The position numbers were made by a program, and so were the translations under genes. A DNA stretch of 64,000 nt from an uncultured Phycisphaerales bacterium (GTDB lineage: Bacteria; Planctomycetota; Phycisphaerae; Sedimentisphaerales; Anaerobacaceae), in NCBI GenBank assembly GCA_963772725.1, contig CAVYYI010000001.1, positions 32,001-96,000 on the forward strand. Direction: 5' to 3'. This document shows, one piece after another, positions 10,248-21,330 of this stretch (within the stretch, counting starts at the first letter, position 1; the number at the start of each line of letters is the position of its first letter). The notes under the pieces were generated by a model. That model was not told where the DNA came from. It searched no databases and saw only the letters and a list, made by a program, of their open reading frames with translations.

Positions 10248-11140
10248 TTAGAATTTAAATTTCTTTCCAGTCAGGTTTTCGTAGGCCTCGATGTATTTTG
10301 CGCTTGTTTTTTGACGATATCGTCGGGCAGGACTGACGCCGGGGCCGGATTTGTTGAAGTTTATGCTTTCGAGATAATTCCGGACGAATTGCTTGTCGAA
10401 ACTTTCCTGGTCTCTGCCTGCGCTGATATTTATCGGCGGGCCAGAACCGAGAAGAATCGGGGGTTAAGACTTCATCAATCAATATTATTTTATCGTCGGT
10501 TAAGCCCCATTCAAATTTGGTGTCGGCTAAAATTATTCCCCTGGTTTGGGCGTATTTGCTTGCCTTTTGAAATATTTCCAGACTTTTGTCACGCACGTAC
10601 GCAGCGGCCTTTTCGCCGATGATTTCAACGCAGCGTTCGAAATCAATGTTCTCATCATGTTTGCCGAGTTCGGCTTTTGTGGCGGGGGTAAAGATAGGCT
10701 CGGGCAATTTGTGGCATTGTTTTAATCCGGCGGGGAGTTTGTGTCCGCAGACGATGCCGGTCTCTTTATATTCTTTCCAGCCTGAACCTGCGAGATAGCC
10801 GCGGATAACGCATTCGATTGGCAGGACTTCGACCTTTTTGACCAGCATAGAGCGGCCTGCCAATTGGCCGGGGTAATCGCAGAACGGTTTTGGGAAAGCT
10901 CTTTACATCATCGCTTATCAGATGATGCTCAATATTTTTTCCGAGGAAATCAAACCAGAACTTAGATATCTGGGTAAGCACGATTCCCTTATACGGGATG
11001 CCGTTAGTCATAATGACGTCAAAAGCGCTTAGCCTGTCGCTTGCCACGATGAGCATTTTATCGCCGAGGTCGTAAATGTCGCGAACCTTGCCGCGTTTTG
11101 GTTTGATGCCTGCTATATTTGTCTGCAAAATAACTTCCAT
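10248..11140 (-). CDS. purC: SAICAR synthetase, split by frameshifts
   Basis: [36 protein letters not shown] and [12 protein letters not shown] motifs. Confidence 0.94.
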
Positions 11141-11159
11141 CGTATCCCTGCCTTTCTTT

Positions 11160-11957
11160 TTAATGCTGTTCTTCGCTTATTCTCGCATCGACATATTCGA
11201 GTACTTTTTTCAAGACCTTTTCAATATCGGCGGTCTGGGGCAGAAAACTCGCCATCTGCTCCAGATACCTGCGTTGTTTTATGCGTTTCAAGGTCGCGGT
11301 GAAATTCATGTCATAGACCCATCCGAGCTGCAGGAGTTTCATATCGTTCCATGTTCGCAGGTCTTTGTAATTTATTTTTTGTCCGTTCAAAATGGCTTCG
11401 ATAATTTTTTGTGAACAGGTTGGTTCATCAGGCAGTTCCACTTCGAGCCTGAAACCTTTCGGGTTTTCCTGATACTGCCGGTAATATTCTGTTGCCACCC
11501 GGAATATGTCGATTTTGTCCGCGTCGCGTATCAGTTTTGAAAACAGGAGCAAATCCCCGTTTACACCGGCTGGTATTTCTTTTATGCCGTGGTATTGAAT
11601 GGCCTTTTCGATAAATTCTTTTTCCTGCTCGTCAACGCCGTCAAGCACATTTTGTTTATTAAGTATTTCAACACTTAAGGCGCTATGGTTTATGCTTCTA
11701 ACGTCGCTGTATGTTCGGTACAGTTTGAACTGTTCAAACCTGCCGACATCGTGAAACAAGGCTATGGCGTCGGCGATTCTTTTCTGGTTTTCGCTGAGGT
11801 TCAACTCATCGGTTAAATACCTCATTTCATCACAAACCCGCTGACTGTGGATTTCCTTTAGTTTTATGTTGGCGTTGACAAAATCGTCAGTGCCATAATA
11901 ACCCTTGACGTATTTACCAAACCAGCCTCTGAATCTGTCTAATTGTTCCTGCTTCAT
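11160..11957 (-). CDS. HD-domain phosphohydrolase
   Basis: H..RV, LFHDVGRF and RDADKID motifs. Confidence 0.85.
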   Translation of the reverse strand: MKQEQLDRFRGWFGKYVKGYYGTDDFVNANIKLKEIHSQRVCDEMRYLTDELNLSENQKRIADAIALFHDVGRFEQFKLYRTYSDVRSINHSALSVEILNKQNVLDGVDEQEKEFIEKAIQYHGIKEIPAGVNGDLLLFSKLIRDADKIDIFRVATEYYRQYQENPKGFRLEVELPDEPTCSQKIIEAILNGQKINYKDLRTWNDMKLLQLGWVYDMNFTATLKRIKQRRYLEQMASFLPQTADIEKVLKKVLEYVDARISEEQH

Positions 11958-12136
11958 TAAAACCTCAATTTTTCGTAAAAACAGCGATATCCAGCCGCTA
12001 ATTTATATATTAAAGTTTCTCCGCTTGCCACTATCTTTTGGCAAAAATTGCAATAACATCTTCAAAAAATTTTCAATAGTGGTATAATTCCGTATATTCC
12101 GTAAAAAAGTATAAAATGAAAAAAGGAGCAATAAAA

Positions 12137-12409
12137 ATGCTTACAGTCAAGGATGTAATCGTTAGAAAACCCTCGGATAAGGAAATCGCAACATGCAAAT
12201 CGTGGCCGATATGGAAGTGCGAGGCCAGTACGTTTGACTGGTCGTACACGGAAACTGAAACCTGCCTTATTATCGAGGGCAGAGTAACGGTTAAGGATGA
12301 TAAATATTCGGTGAGCTTTGGTCCCGGCGACCTTGTGATTTTTCCAAAAGATTTGGAATGTACCTGGCAGATACATGAAGCGGTGAAAAAATACTATAAC
12401 TTCAGTTAA
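12137..12409 (+). CDS. Small cupin (DUF861-like)
   Basis: WPIWKCE..FDW.Y...ETC.IIEG.V.V...GPGDLVIFP. Confidence 0.85.
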   Translation: MLTVKDVIVRKPSDKEIATCKSWPIWKCEASTFDWSYTETETCLIIEGRVTVKDDKYSVSFGPGDLVIFPKDLECTWQIHEAVKKYYNFS

Positions 12410-12440
12410 GAAGGCATAGCGTTATATTCGAAAGCTGGTA

Positions 12441-12938
12441 TCAGTGTTTTTGAGAGCGTGCTTCATTATTCGCGACTCTATTGCCACTACACAATTCTTC
12501 AATGTCCCTTGCCACAATTTCGGTAATCATTCTGTCTTGCTCTGATATTGCTGCTGCTGGTTTGACAGGACGGATGCGATTTGCCTGGTCTTTAGGTTTT
12601 TCATTTGCCAGTTCGGTAATTTGGCCGGGAGCTTTTCTTTTCATTGTGGTAATTTTCCGCTGTTCTGCCATTATTTCTTCGGCGAGGTCGAATTTTGGAA
12701 TGTCGGCGGGCGGAAATTCGGGCGGCTTAGGGGCGTTAGGGTTATTCACAGTCTTTATCGGTATCGGGGCAGGTTTTATTTTCGATAGCGGTGGTATGTT
12801 AGCTTTACTAAGCATATCCGCCTTACTTTGCAGGATATTATCAACATCTTTTTTACTAATATCACCCATATTCATCACCACCATTATTCCAGCTAATAGA
12901 ATTAGTTTACCCGAATTGCCGGCGAAAATCAAGGACAA
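12441..12938 (-). CDS. Hypothetical Pro-rich protein; true start probably downstream of 12938
   Basis: ORF co-oriented with the M16 pair; contains IPKFDLAEEIMAEQRK. Confidence 0.5.
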   Translation of the reverse strand: MSLIFAGNSGKLILLAGIMVVMNMGDISKKDVDNILQSKADMLSKANIPPLSKIKPAPIPIKTVNNPNAPKPPEFPPADIPKFDLAEEIMAEQRKITTMKRKAPGQITELANEKPKDQANRIRPVKPAAAISEQDRMITEIVARDIEELCSGNRVANNEARSQKH

Positions 12939-12957
12939 ACTGCGTTCTGTGTTTATC

Positions 12958-14183
12958 TCAGCGTGATTGGGCTGGGCCTATTGAAAACTGTGTAAACTGA
13001 CCGGGGGTAAACTGTTCTATCAGCGAATGAATATCATCCGCCGTAACAGCCTTAATCGCCTTAATGTCATCTTCCAGCGTTCGATACTGCCCGAGGTACA
13101 TCCAGTTAAAGCCGACATCGACCAGTCTGCCCATCGGCGTTTCGTTTTTAATCACTAAGGCGCTTAGAATTTTATTTTTGGCGGCGGTTATTTCGCTTTT
13201 GCGTACGCCTTTTTGGGCGAGTTTTCGGAAAATGTCTGCGACTATATCGAGTGATTTGGCGACATTTTTGCCGGAACATCTGATGTAGCTGTAAAATAAA
13301 CCTGTGCCGTCCATTCCGCCGTAGTGCATAGTGGCGGTTTCCGCGATGGCCTTATCAACCAGCTCCCAAAAAAATCTTGAACCGACATCATCGCCCACAA
13401 TGGTTGCCAAAAGTGAAGCGGCGAATCGTCTGGGGTCATGGGCAGATACGCAAGGCGACATCAGGCAGATATGCTCGCAGTTAAGGTTGGGTCTTTCGAT
13501 TCGTTCTTTGAATGTGCCGCCGTGATAATCTTCCGCTAACCTTGTTACGGCATGTTTTTGCCAGCCGCCGCAACCGGATTCAGCGAAAGAGCAGATTTGC
13601 TCCCAGTCAAAATTGCCGACGACGGTCATAATCATATTGTTCGGGGCGTAACGTTTTCCAAAGTAGGCGCGCATCTGCTCCGCGGTCATATTGTCTATGG
13701 TTTCATTGCTGCCCAGTACGCTGTAGCCGCAGGGGTGATTTTGGAAGTACAATTTTCTGCATCGGTCTGAAACATCGAAGCTCGGCGAGTCATTGTACAT
13801 CGCGATTTCTTCTTTGATTACATTTTTCTCAATATTGAAGTCGTCCGTTCTAAGCGACGGTCTCATCAGGTCTATCCACAGACCCGTTATCTCGGTCAGA
13901 TATTCGGGCAGAATCGCGGCGTAGAAAACAGTCGCCTCTTCACCTGTAAAGGCGTTAAATTGAGCGCCTGTCCTGTCAAAGGCTTCGTTGACCTGGAAAG
14001 AGTTCAGCTTTTCCGTGCCTTTGAAGACCATGTGTTCGAGAAAATGTGAAACGCCATTTATATCGAGGGTTTCATCGCGAGCACGGTTTTTACGAAAAAG
14101 CCGACTGCCGCGGATTTGGCGGATTTATTTACCTCTCCGATGATGCTCAAACCGTTTGGCAATATTTTCTTTTTAAATTCCAT
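12958..14183 (-). CDS. M16 (pitrilysin) zinc peptidase, catalytic subunit; frameshift near 14085
   Basis: Hand translation gives MEFKKKILPNGL...GVSHFLEHMVFKGT (HxxEH), NAFT and VIKEEI. Confidence 0.9.
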
Positions 14184-14191
14184 ATTTCGTA

Positions 14192-15424
14192 TTATTTCAG
14201 TGTAATTTCCTTCGGGCCGATTGTAACCGCGGTAAAATCTTTGAACCTGTTATTTCTTAAAAAAGTTAAAACCGAATCGACGCTTGTCTGTTCGATTTTT
14301 TCCTTTATTTCGTCGAGGCTGCGAACTCTGCCGAGCATATAATAATCGCCGCCTATGCCGCTGGCGCGGCTGCTGGACGATTCACTTTGCAGGATAAGCG
14401 ATGCTTTCAGGCCGGCTTTGGCCCTGAGGATTTCATCTTCGCTGATTGCCTCGGCGAGGCGATTAAATTCGGCGATTATGACGTCGATGGTTTCCTGTGC
14501 CTTGTCTGGTGTTGTGCCCGCGTAGCAGATGATTCCGGCGGCTTGTTTTAGGCAGTGATATTTGGCTCTTACCGCGTAACACAGTCCGCGTTTTTCTCTT
14601 ACTTCTGTAAATAATCTTGAGCTCATTCCGCCGGAAAGAATTGATACGGCCACTCCAACGTTGTAAAAGTTCTCATCCGCTGGGCCGATGGTTTTGGTCA
14701 TAAGGCCTATATGTACCTGGGCGCCGTCGTTTTGTATATGCGTATATTGGCCGCCCCTGGAACCGATTTTGAGAGCTTCGAGAGGTTTCTGCTGGCCGGT
14801 CTCAAACAGCGATTCTATTTTTTGAGCGACCTTATTAAAATCGTATTTGCCAGCTATTGTGAAAATTACGTGCGAAAAGTTTAAGTTCTCTTCGATAAGC
14901 CGTTTTGTCTTTTCCGCAGTCAGGGTTTTTAATTCCTCGATGCTTCCTATGTCGCTGCGCCCGAGGGGGTCAGGATAAAACTGCTCACGGAGCTTAACCA
15001 TAACTTTTTGCCGCGGATCATCCTCCAAAGCCATGATGCCCTCCGTTGCGAGCAGCTTTGCCGGTTTGAACTCATTATTTTTCAGATGCGGCCTGAGTAT
15101 AATATCGCCATATAAATCCAAAGCTTCGAGCAGGCTGCTCGCCTCCATCACTGCCCCGATGGTTATATGGGCGCTGCTGACATCTGATGCTCGATGAAGA
15201 CCGAGGCCGTCGAGTGCGCCGCAAAGTTTCTTGCTGTTCAGATTGCCTGCGCCTCTGAATATCCAGTCGGCAATAACATTTGCCGCTCCGCAGCAGCCTT
15301 GCGGGAGCATAGCTGCGCCGACAGGTAGCATGAACTCAAACGCCGCCGACTCAACCGAGTCCATCGGTTCACCTAAAATAACCATTCCATTTTTGAGAAT
15401 ATGCTTATCGAGTCTTTCCGTCAT
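14192..15424 (-). CDS. M16 peptidase, non-catalytic partner subunit
   Basis: GGMSSRLFTEVREKRGLCY present; HxxEH absent. Confidence 0.88.
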   Translation of the reverse strand: MTERLDKHILKNGMVILGEPMDSVESAAFEFMLPVGAAMLPQGCCGAANVIADWIFRGAGNLNSKKLCGALDGLGLHRASDVSSAHITIGAVMEASSLLEALDLYGDIILRPHLKNNEFKPAKLLATEGIMALEDDPRQKVMVKLREQFYPDPLGRSDIGSIEELKTLTAEKTKRLIEENLNFSHVIFTIAGKYDFNKVAQKIESLFETGQQKPLEALKIGSRGGQYTHIQNDGAQVHIGLMTKTIGPADENFYNVGVAVSILSGGMSSRLFTEVREKRGLCYAVRAKYHCLKQAAGIICYAGTTPDKAQETIDVIIAEFNRLAEAISEDEILRAKAGLKASLILQSESSSSRASGIGGDYYMLGRVRSLDEIKEKIEQTSVDSVLTFLRNNRFKDFTAVTIGPKEITLK

Positions 15425-15527
15425 TTTGCTTTCTCAGTATATCAACAATTAATAATTCGGTGCATACTATCATTTTTTGATTTTTCTGTATAGACCAAAT
15501 TTGTTAATATAGATTATTTAATCAGGA

Positions 15528-16274
15528 TTGCTTATGAATTTACCAAGGTTTTATTGCGGTTCGCTGAAAAGTTCCGTAGTTGAGCTTTCAACATCGGAAA
15601 GTCACCATCTTTTTAATGTCTGCCGGCTCGGTAAGGGTGATAAGGTTGAACTTTTCGACGGCAGCGGCTCTTTGGCGGTTGCGGTCATAACCGCCACTAA
15701 TAAACGGAGGGTCTCGCTGCAAATAGAAAACGTGCAGACTGTATCATCGCCGGCTGCTGTTAAAGTGATTATAGCGGTCAGCATCGCCAAAGGCGAGCGG
15801 TTCGACTGGCTCATCGGGAAATGTACGGAGTTCGGCGTCGATAGAATTTGCCCTGTGATATTTGAACGTACCGTCAAATTATCTCAAAATCCCCATATAA
15901 CTGACCGCTGGCAGAACCTCGCTATAACGGCGGCTAAGCAGTGCAGGCGGGTATTTTTGCCGGGCATTGATAAACCGAAGCCGCTTGTAACCACTCTTAA
16001 TGAATTTAAAAAAGATTATTCCAATTCGCTGATTTATCTCGGCGAGCCATCGCCCGGTTCGCCGCCGCTGATAAGCGCTTTATCTGACCTCAAAGACTTG
16101 ATAGCGTTTGTCGGCCCGGAAGGGGGGCTAAGCGAAAATGAAATAGCCCTCTTGCGGGATAACGGTGTTAAATTTGTGCGGCTGACAAATACCGTGCTTC
16201 GCGTTGAAACAGCGGCATTGGCTTTCGCCGCTATTCTTACTGCCCGGCGAGACGCGGCATTGCAGGGTGGATGA
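15528..16274 (+). CDS. rsmE: 16S rRNA m3U1498 methyltransferase
   Basis: HHL..V.R, K.TEFGV, AAKQC.R, VGPEGG and VLRVETA motifs. Confidence 0.95.
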   Translation: MLMNLPRFYCGSLKSSVVELSTSESHHLFNVCRLGKGDKVELFDGSGSLAVAVITATNKRRVSLQIENVQTVSSPAAVKVIIAVSIAKGERFDWLIGKCTEFGVDRICPVIFERTVKLSQNPHITDRWQNLAITAAKQCRRVFLPGIDKPKPLVTTLNEFKKDYSNSLIYLGEPSPGSPPLISALSDLKDLIAFVGPEGGLSENEIALLRDNGVKFVRLTNTVLRVETAALAFAAILTARRDAALQGG

Positions 16275-16279
16275 AATTC

Positions 16280-17674
16280 TTAAAGCAGGCCTAACTGCTC
16301 TGCTTCGTCGTACAGGCCGTACCGCTTCATCTTTTTGAACAGTGTCGTGCGGTTTATTTTCAGTGCTTTCGCTGTTTCCTGCCTGTTCCAGTGGTTGACT
16401 TCAAGCGCCTGACGAATGATATTTTTCTCCGGTTCGGCTATAGCGTCTTTCAGACCGGCCGGTTTGTAAGTTTTGGGCGTCTGGTTCTGACCTTGTTTAA
16501 TCGCGTTGGGTAAATCTTCCGGCCTTATATATTTGTCTTTGCTTAAGAGAACCGCACGCTCAATTACGTTCTCAAGCTCCCGGACATTGCCTGGCCAGGA
16601 GTAATATTCGAGATACTGCATCGCCTCATCGGTAATGCCTGCCTTTTCCCTTTGGTGGCGTGTGCTGTAAATTTTCAGGAAACGGTTCGCCAGCAGCGGA
16701 ATATCACCCACCCGCTCGGACAACGGCGGCAGATTTACCGTTACCACATTTATCCGGTAGTACAAATCCTCCCGGAATCTGCCCTGTTTTACCTCTTCCG
16801 CGAGGTCACGGTTCGACGCCAGCAAAACCCGCGTGTCAACAGTGATGGTTTTATTGCTACCGACGGGCTCGAATTGTCTCTCCTGCAGGACTCGCAGAAG
16901 TTTTATCTGCAAAGCAGGCGAGGCGTTGCCAATCTCGTCGAGAAAAATCGTTCCGGTATTTGCGGCGAGGAACTTTCCTTCCTTGTTGCCTATCGCGCCT
17001 GTAAATGAGCCTTTAACATGGCCGAACAATTCGCTTTCGAGCAGCGTTTCCGGCATGGCACCGCAGCTTACCTCCACAAAAGGCTTGTTTCGCCGGCTTG
17101 AACGGTGATGTATCGCTCGCGCGAGCATACTTTTTCCGGTGCCTGAAGAACCCGTCATCAATACCGTTATCCCCGTATCCGCCACCGCCTCAATCAGGTC
17201 GAATATTTTCGCCATTTTATAATTGTGGCTGATGATATTTTCCAGGCTGTACTTTTGCTCAAGCTGAAGACGCAGGCTTTCGTTTTCACTCATAAGCGAC
17301 TGCTGTTTAACAGCCCTCTCCAAAACCATCCTCAGCTCATCATCCACAAGCGGCTTAGTCAGGTAATCGTACGCGCCTTTTTTAATCGCCTTAACCGCGC
17401 CTTCGATTGTTCCGTTGCCGGTAATCATTAGCACCACCGCCTGCGGATAATCTTTTTTGATAAGCTCTAATAATTCAAAGCCGTTGCCGTCCGGCAGATT
17501 CGCGTCTGTTATAACCACCGAGTAATTTTGACGCTGTAATTCCATCGCCGCGTCTTTGAATTTTTCAACCCCAGTTGACTGGAACCCCTCCTGTGCCAAA
17601 AAATCGCATAAAGAGTCACGTATGATTTTATCATCATCAACAACAAGAATATTGTTCTCTTTTGTATTCAGCAT
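16280..17674 (-). CDS. Sigma54-dependent response regulator (NtrC/AtoC family: REC-AAA+-HTH)
   Basis: VVDDD receiver, GSSGTGKS, ESELFGHVKGSFTGA, WPGNVREL and a Fis-type HTH. Confidence 0.95.
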   Translation of the reverse strand: MLNTKENNILVVDDDKIIRDSLCDFLAQEGFQSTGVEKFKDAAMELQRQNYSVVITDANLPDGNGFELLELIKKDYPQAVVLMITGNGTIEGAVKAIKKGAYDYLTKPLVDDELRMVLERAVKQQSLMSENESLRLQLEQKYSLENIISHNYKMAKIFDLIEAVADTGITVLMTGSSGTGKSMLARAIHHRSSRRNKPFVEVSCGAMPETLLESELFGHVKGSFTGAIGNKEGKFLAANTGTIFLDEIGNASPALQIKLLRVLQERQFEPVGSNKTITVDTRVLLASNRDLAEEVKQGRFREDLYYRINVVTVNLPPLSERVGDIPLLANRFLKIYSTRHQREKAGITDEAMQYLEYYSWPGNVRELENVIERAVLLSKDKYIRPEDLPNAIKQGQNQTPKTYKPAGLKDAIAEPEKNIIRQALEVNHWNRQETAKALKINRTTLFKKMKRYGLYDEAEQLGLL

Positions 17675-17810
17675 ACGCGAAATTATAACACTTGCATGCA
17701 TTCTGTCAAAGAAAATGTTGCAAAAAAGCAACATCCGCGTTGTTTTTTTAGAAAAAAGGTTCCTGACACCTTTTCTTAAAAAAACAGTGTAAATCTGTGT
17801 TAATCCGTGT

Positions 17811-18689
17811 CTAATTTTCCGGCCAGGTGCCTTGGAAAACCTCAACCGCTGCCCCGGCCATATAGATATGATTATCCTGCTGGCTCCAGTTTAATTCGAG
17901 GTCGCCGCCGGGCAAATGGGCGGTGCAAATTCGCGAGGCTTGCCCTGTTAAAACCGCCGCCGCGATAGATGCGCATGCCCCTGTCCCGCAGGCAAGAGTA
18001 ATACCGCTGCCGCGTTCCCACGTCCGCATCCGCAGTTCATTTTCAGCAAGTACCTGAACAAAATGGACATTAGTCCGCTTTGGAAAGAGTTTGTGATTCT
18101 CAATAATCGGGCCGATTTTTTCCAGTTCCACCTTACTGACATCATCGCAGAAAAACACCGCGTGGGGATTACCCATCGATACGCACGTCATCAGCAGTTT
18201 TTGCCCTGCTATTTCGATTGGCTCATTTATCACCTTTTCGCCGGGCAGATTCACTGGTATATCTTTAGGCCTTAAAAGCGGCTGGCCCATATTAACGCAA
18301 ACCTTCCGCACTTTGCCGTCGCCGCCGACATCCAGTCCGACAGTCAAAACGCCGCGTCCGGTCTCTATATTCAGAGACGCCGGGTAGGGGGCCTGTTCCG
18401 TAACGGAAAATACCCCTCTCGACTTAGCCAGCTTATGCTCATAAGCGTACTTTGCGACACAGCGGATGCCGTTGCCGCACATTTCCGCTTCCGAACCGTC
18501 CGCGTTGAACATCCGCATCCGCACATCTGCCTTCTCTGATGGGCAGATAAGTATCAGGCCGTCCGAACCGATACCGGTATGCCGGTCGCTGACCTTTACC
18601 GCCAGCTTAGCCGGATTACTGACCTTTTCTTCAAAGCAATTGACATAAACATAGTCATTGCCTATCCCATGCATCTTTGTAAATCTCAT
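17811..18689 (-). CDS. dapF: Diaminopimelate epimerase
   Basis: KMHGIGND, EMCGNG, MGNPH and ERGSGITLACGTG motifs. Confidence 0.97.
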   Translation of the reverse strand: MRFTKMHGIGNDYVYVNCFEEKVSNPAKLAVKVSDRHTGIGSDGLILICPSEKADVRMRMFNADGSEAEMCGNGIRCVAKYAYEHKLAKSRGVFSVTEQAPYPASLNIETGRGVLTVGLDVGGDGKVRKVCVNMGQPLLRPKDIPVNLPGEKVINEPIEIAGQKLLMTCVSMGNPHAVFFCDDVSKVELEKIGPIIENHKLFPKRTNVHFVQVLAENELRMRTWERGSGITLACGTGACASIAAAVLTGQASRICTAHLPGGDLELNWSQQDNHIYMAGAAVEVFQGTWPEN

Positions 18690-18770
18690 CCCCCCATAAT
18701 ACCTTATTCCCACTAATAAATCAACTCAGCAACTTTTGGTGAATGGGATAGGCAGGAAACATCGTATCCC

Positions 18771-18840
18771 AAGCCGCCGGTCTTTCATCCTTGACGAGAT
18801 TACTTTAATTGGCGAAAACAACAAAAAGGTATGGCGGCCA
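18771..18840 (+). repeat. Cassette-boundary direct repeat, copy A (diverged)
   Basis: AAGCCGCCGG..TTTCATCCTTGACGAG...GAAAACAACAAAAAGG..TGGCG, matching 29010-29108 and 37159-37240. Confidence 0.8.
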
Positions 18841-19081
18841 TTACGGCCTCAGCGAAATATAGTTCTTTAGCAAATGGTGTTTAGTTAGTCACATATCTTA
18901 TGCGATACTGCTGCAGACTCATACCTTTTTCTTTACTGAAAAACCGGGAAATATGGTCAACATGTCCGGCGTCAATTATAATTTCCCTTCAACGACAGTT
19001 ATTTTTACCGTTACTTCATAACACTTACCTTAGCTTATAGCCTTTAGGAGGTGCCCCCCATGGGGGGCAAAATTTCGGACA

Positions 19082-19846
19082 TTACGTGTCCTTATTTTTC
19101 CGTCTCTGAGCTTCCTCAGCTCGGTAGCTCGGTACATTCAATTCAAGGATCACACTATGATGTACCAGCCGGTCAATCGCTGCTGCAGTGGTCATCGGAT
19201 CCTTAAAGATGACTTCCCATTTACTGAACGGCAGATTGCTGGTAATCAACACGCTGCCACGTTCATAACAATGAGCTAATAAGGTAAACAGCACCTCCAT
19301 CTCCTCGCGGTTCTGTTTGACATAGCCGAAGTCATCTATCATCAATGCCTCGTACTGTGACAGCTTCTTGAGCCATTTGTCCAGCTTCAACTCCTGCTTG
19401 GCTCGTAATAACTCCTGCAACATCATATCACACGTAGTAAAGTAAACCTTTTTTCCCTGCCGGGCAAGTTCATGACAGATACCACACAGTAAATGTGTCT
19501 TACCGCTGCCGGGTTTGCCAAATGCAAGAATATTCTCTGTTCTGTCAACAAATGAACCTTCCAAAAGAATTTTGACCTGCTGACGTATCTTCAACGGCAT
19601 ACGTTTAAAATCAAAGTTTGCCATGGTCTTTTCCATAGGAAGCTTTGAGGCTTTTACCAGCCTTGCGATTTTATTGGCTCTGCGAACATCACACTCACGC
19701 TGAGCCAATTCCAATAGATATTGTGAATAACCCATATCTTCGGCGATAGCCTTCTGAGCGAACTCGGCGTAATATTCACGGAACATCGGCAGGTGAAGTT
19801 CTTTGAGAAGGTTTACAAGCTGATTATCCAGATCATTTTTACTCAT
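19082..19846 (-). CDS. istB: IS21 helper ATPase
   Basis: GKPGSGKTHL, IDDFGY, ITSNLPFSKW and AAIDRLVHH motifs. Confidence 0.96.
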   Translation of the reverse strand: MSKNDLDNQLVNLLKELHLPMFREYYAEFAQKAIAEDMGYSQYLLELAQRECDVRRANKIARLVKASKLPMEKTMANFDFKRMPLKIRQQVKILLEGSFVDRTENILAFGKPGSGKTHLLCGICHELARQGKKVYFTTCDMMLQELLRAKQELKLDKWLKKLSQYEALMIDDFGYVKQNREEMEVLFTLLAHCYERGSVLITSNLPFSKWEVIFKDPMTTAAAIDRLVHHSVILELNVPSYRAEEAQRRKNKDT

Positions 19847-21330
19847 ACCAGTAGTGCCTCCGCCGATTCAAGTAGACAGTCATAACTGTTCAGATCAATA
19901 TCGCCAACACAAACGTCAGTGACATCCGGCGGCTGTTGTTCGGATTTGACTATTTGTTCTACCATATCAAAATCAATCGCATCTGCATGGTTGATCAGGA
20001 ACCGCAAAGCTTCATTGACAGATGTCTGGCTTTCGTTGGCAGCTAATTCAAGAATTTTCAGATACTGCTTATTACCCTGCTTCATCCCATGTTGATCACG
20101 CAGGAGATCATATGCGATCCTGAACTGACTTGTGGGAAACATATCATCTTTATAGCAATAGTTCTCAAACGCCCCGGGTTTGCGAACAAGGGTATCTATA
20201 ACGTGGCGGTAATTGATGTAATGACCGTTTTCACCGTGTAATCTGGGCAATACTTCAATTCTTCTTTGAGCATACCAGACTTCGATATGTTCGGCATATA
20301 TTCGAACGTCAACATTTTCTCCCCTAAGCCTGCTGTGAACAGAATAGCTGTTCTTAAGAACTCGGACCGTGCAGCCACGACTTACCCTGCATTTATCCCT
20401 GGTGAAATCTTCATGCCTGCGGGTTGGCAATTGCCGCAGAACCTTTAACTCTTCGGCCAAGAGTTTTGTGCGGCCGGTATTGAGTTGGTTGAGCAGCTTT
20501 TCAAGAAACATTTCATAATCTTTCCTGCTGTTAAAATCTCTGCTTCCTCTAAGGATTAACGCCTGTTCAACAGCTCTCTTTAACCTGTGATGACGCTGCT
20601 CTATATCGCCGTTTTCATTCGGACAGTGAGGCTGGATTTTACAGCTTTGGAAACCATAATGATTCGCAAGACCCTGATAGTTAGCCGTGAATTCCTCAGG
20701 ATTGCCTACCTTGTTAACCGCACAGGTTAAATTATCAGTCCTATGATAGCGTGGTATGCCGCCTAACTTCCAGAGGGCATTTTGAATACCGGCACTTAAA
20801 CTTTCATAGCTTTCTGAAAAACATACCGTGACGGTTTCCCAGTTCGACAAACACAATACAAAATGGTACAGCATGTGAATAAAAGGTATGCCGCAAATGG
20901 TGATACCCAGCTTATTCATCCTGGTAAAGTCTGATTCGCACCATTGGCCGGGTTTATAGATTTGTGGAAAAAACACTTCCTGAGCCGGACCGGACAAGGC
21001 TTTCCATTGTTTTACTCGTCTCTGGAAGGTTCTTAATTCGCTGTCCTGGTATTTACCGGGATATTCACGCTGCAGAGCCTCAAAAAGCGATTTAGATTCA
21101 AGACCGGAGTTGTTTTTGAGGAATTCTTCAACCCATGGCCAATCCCCTGCAAAGGCATCCGGATGGGTGGGCCAGTCGTGGATAGCTTGGCATTGGCTGG
21201 GCAGCACGCCCGTTTTTAAATACTTGCGGGCGGTTTTAGTGCTTATACCAGCCTTGTCTGCAAGCTGATATAAGGTCTTGCATTTGTTTTTCATAGCGAA
21301 CAATCTCCTTACCTGTTTGTCTTTAACCAT
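19843..21330 (-). CDS. istA: IS21 transposase
   Basis: ESDFT, HRTDN and ENGDIE DDE motifs; overlaps the istB start. Confidence 0.95.
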   Translation of the reverse strand: MVKDKQVRRLFAMKNKCKTLYQLADKAGISTKTARKYLKTGVLPSQCQAIHDWPTHPDAFAGDWPWVEEFLKNNSGLESKSLFEALQREYPGKYQDSELRTFQRRVKQWKALSGPAQEVFFPQIYKPGQWCESDFTRMNKLGITICGIPFIHMLYHFVLCLSNWETVTVCFSESYESLSAGIQNALWKLGGIPRYHRTDNLTCAVNKVGNPEEFTANYQGLANHYGFQSCKIQPHCPNENGDIEQRHHRLKRAVEQALILRGSRDFNSRKDYEMFLEKLLNQLNTGRTKLLAEELKVLRQLPTRRHEDFTRDKCRVSRGCTVRVLKNSYSVHSRLRGENVDVRIYAEHIEVWYAQRRIEVLPRLHGENGHYINYRHVIDTLVRKPGAFENYCYKDDMFPTSQFRIAYDLLRDQHGMKQGNKQYLKILELAANESQTSVNEALRFLINHADAIDFDMVEQIVKSEQQPPDVTDVCVGDIDLNSYDCLLESAEALLV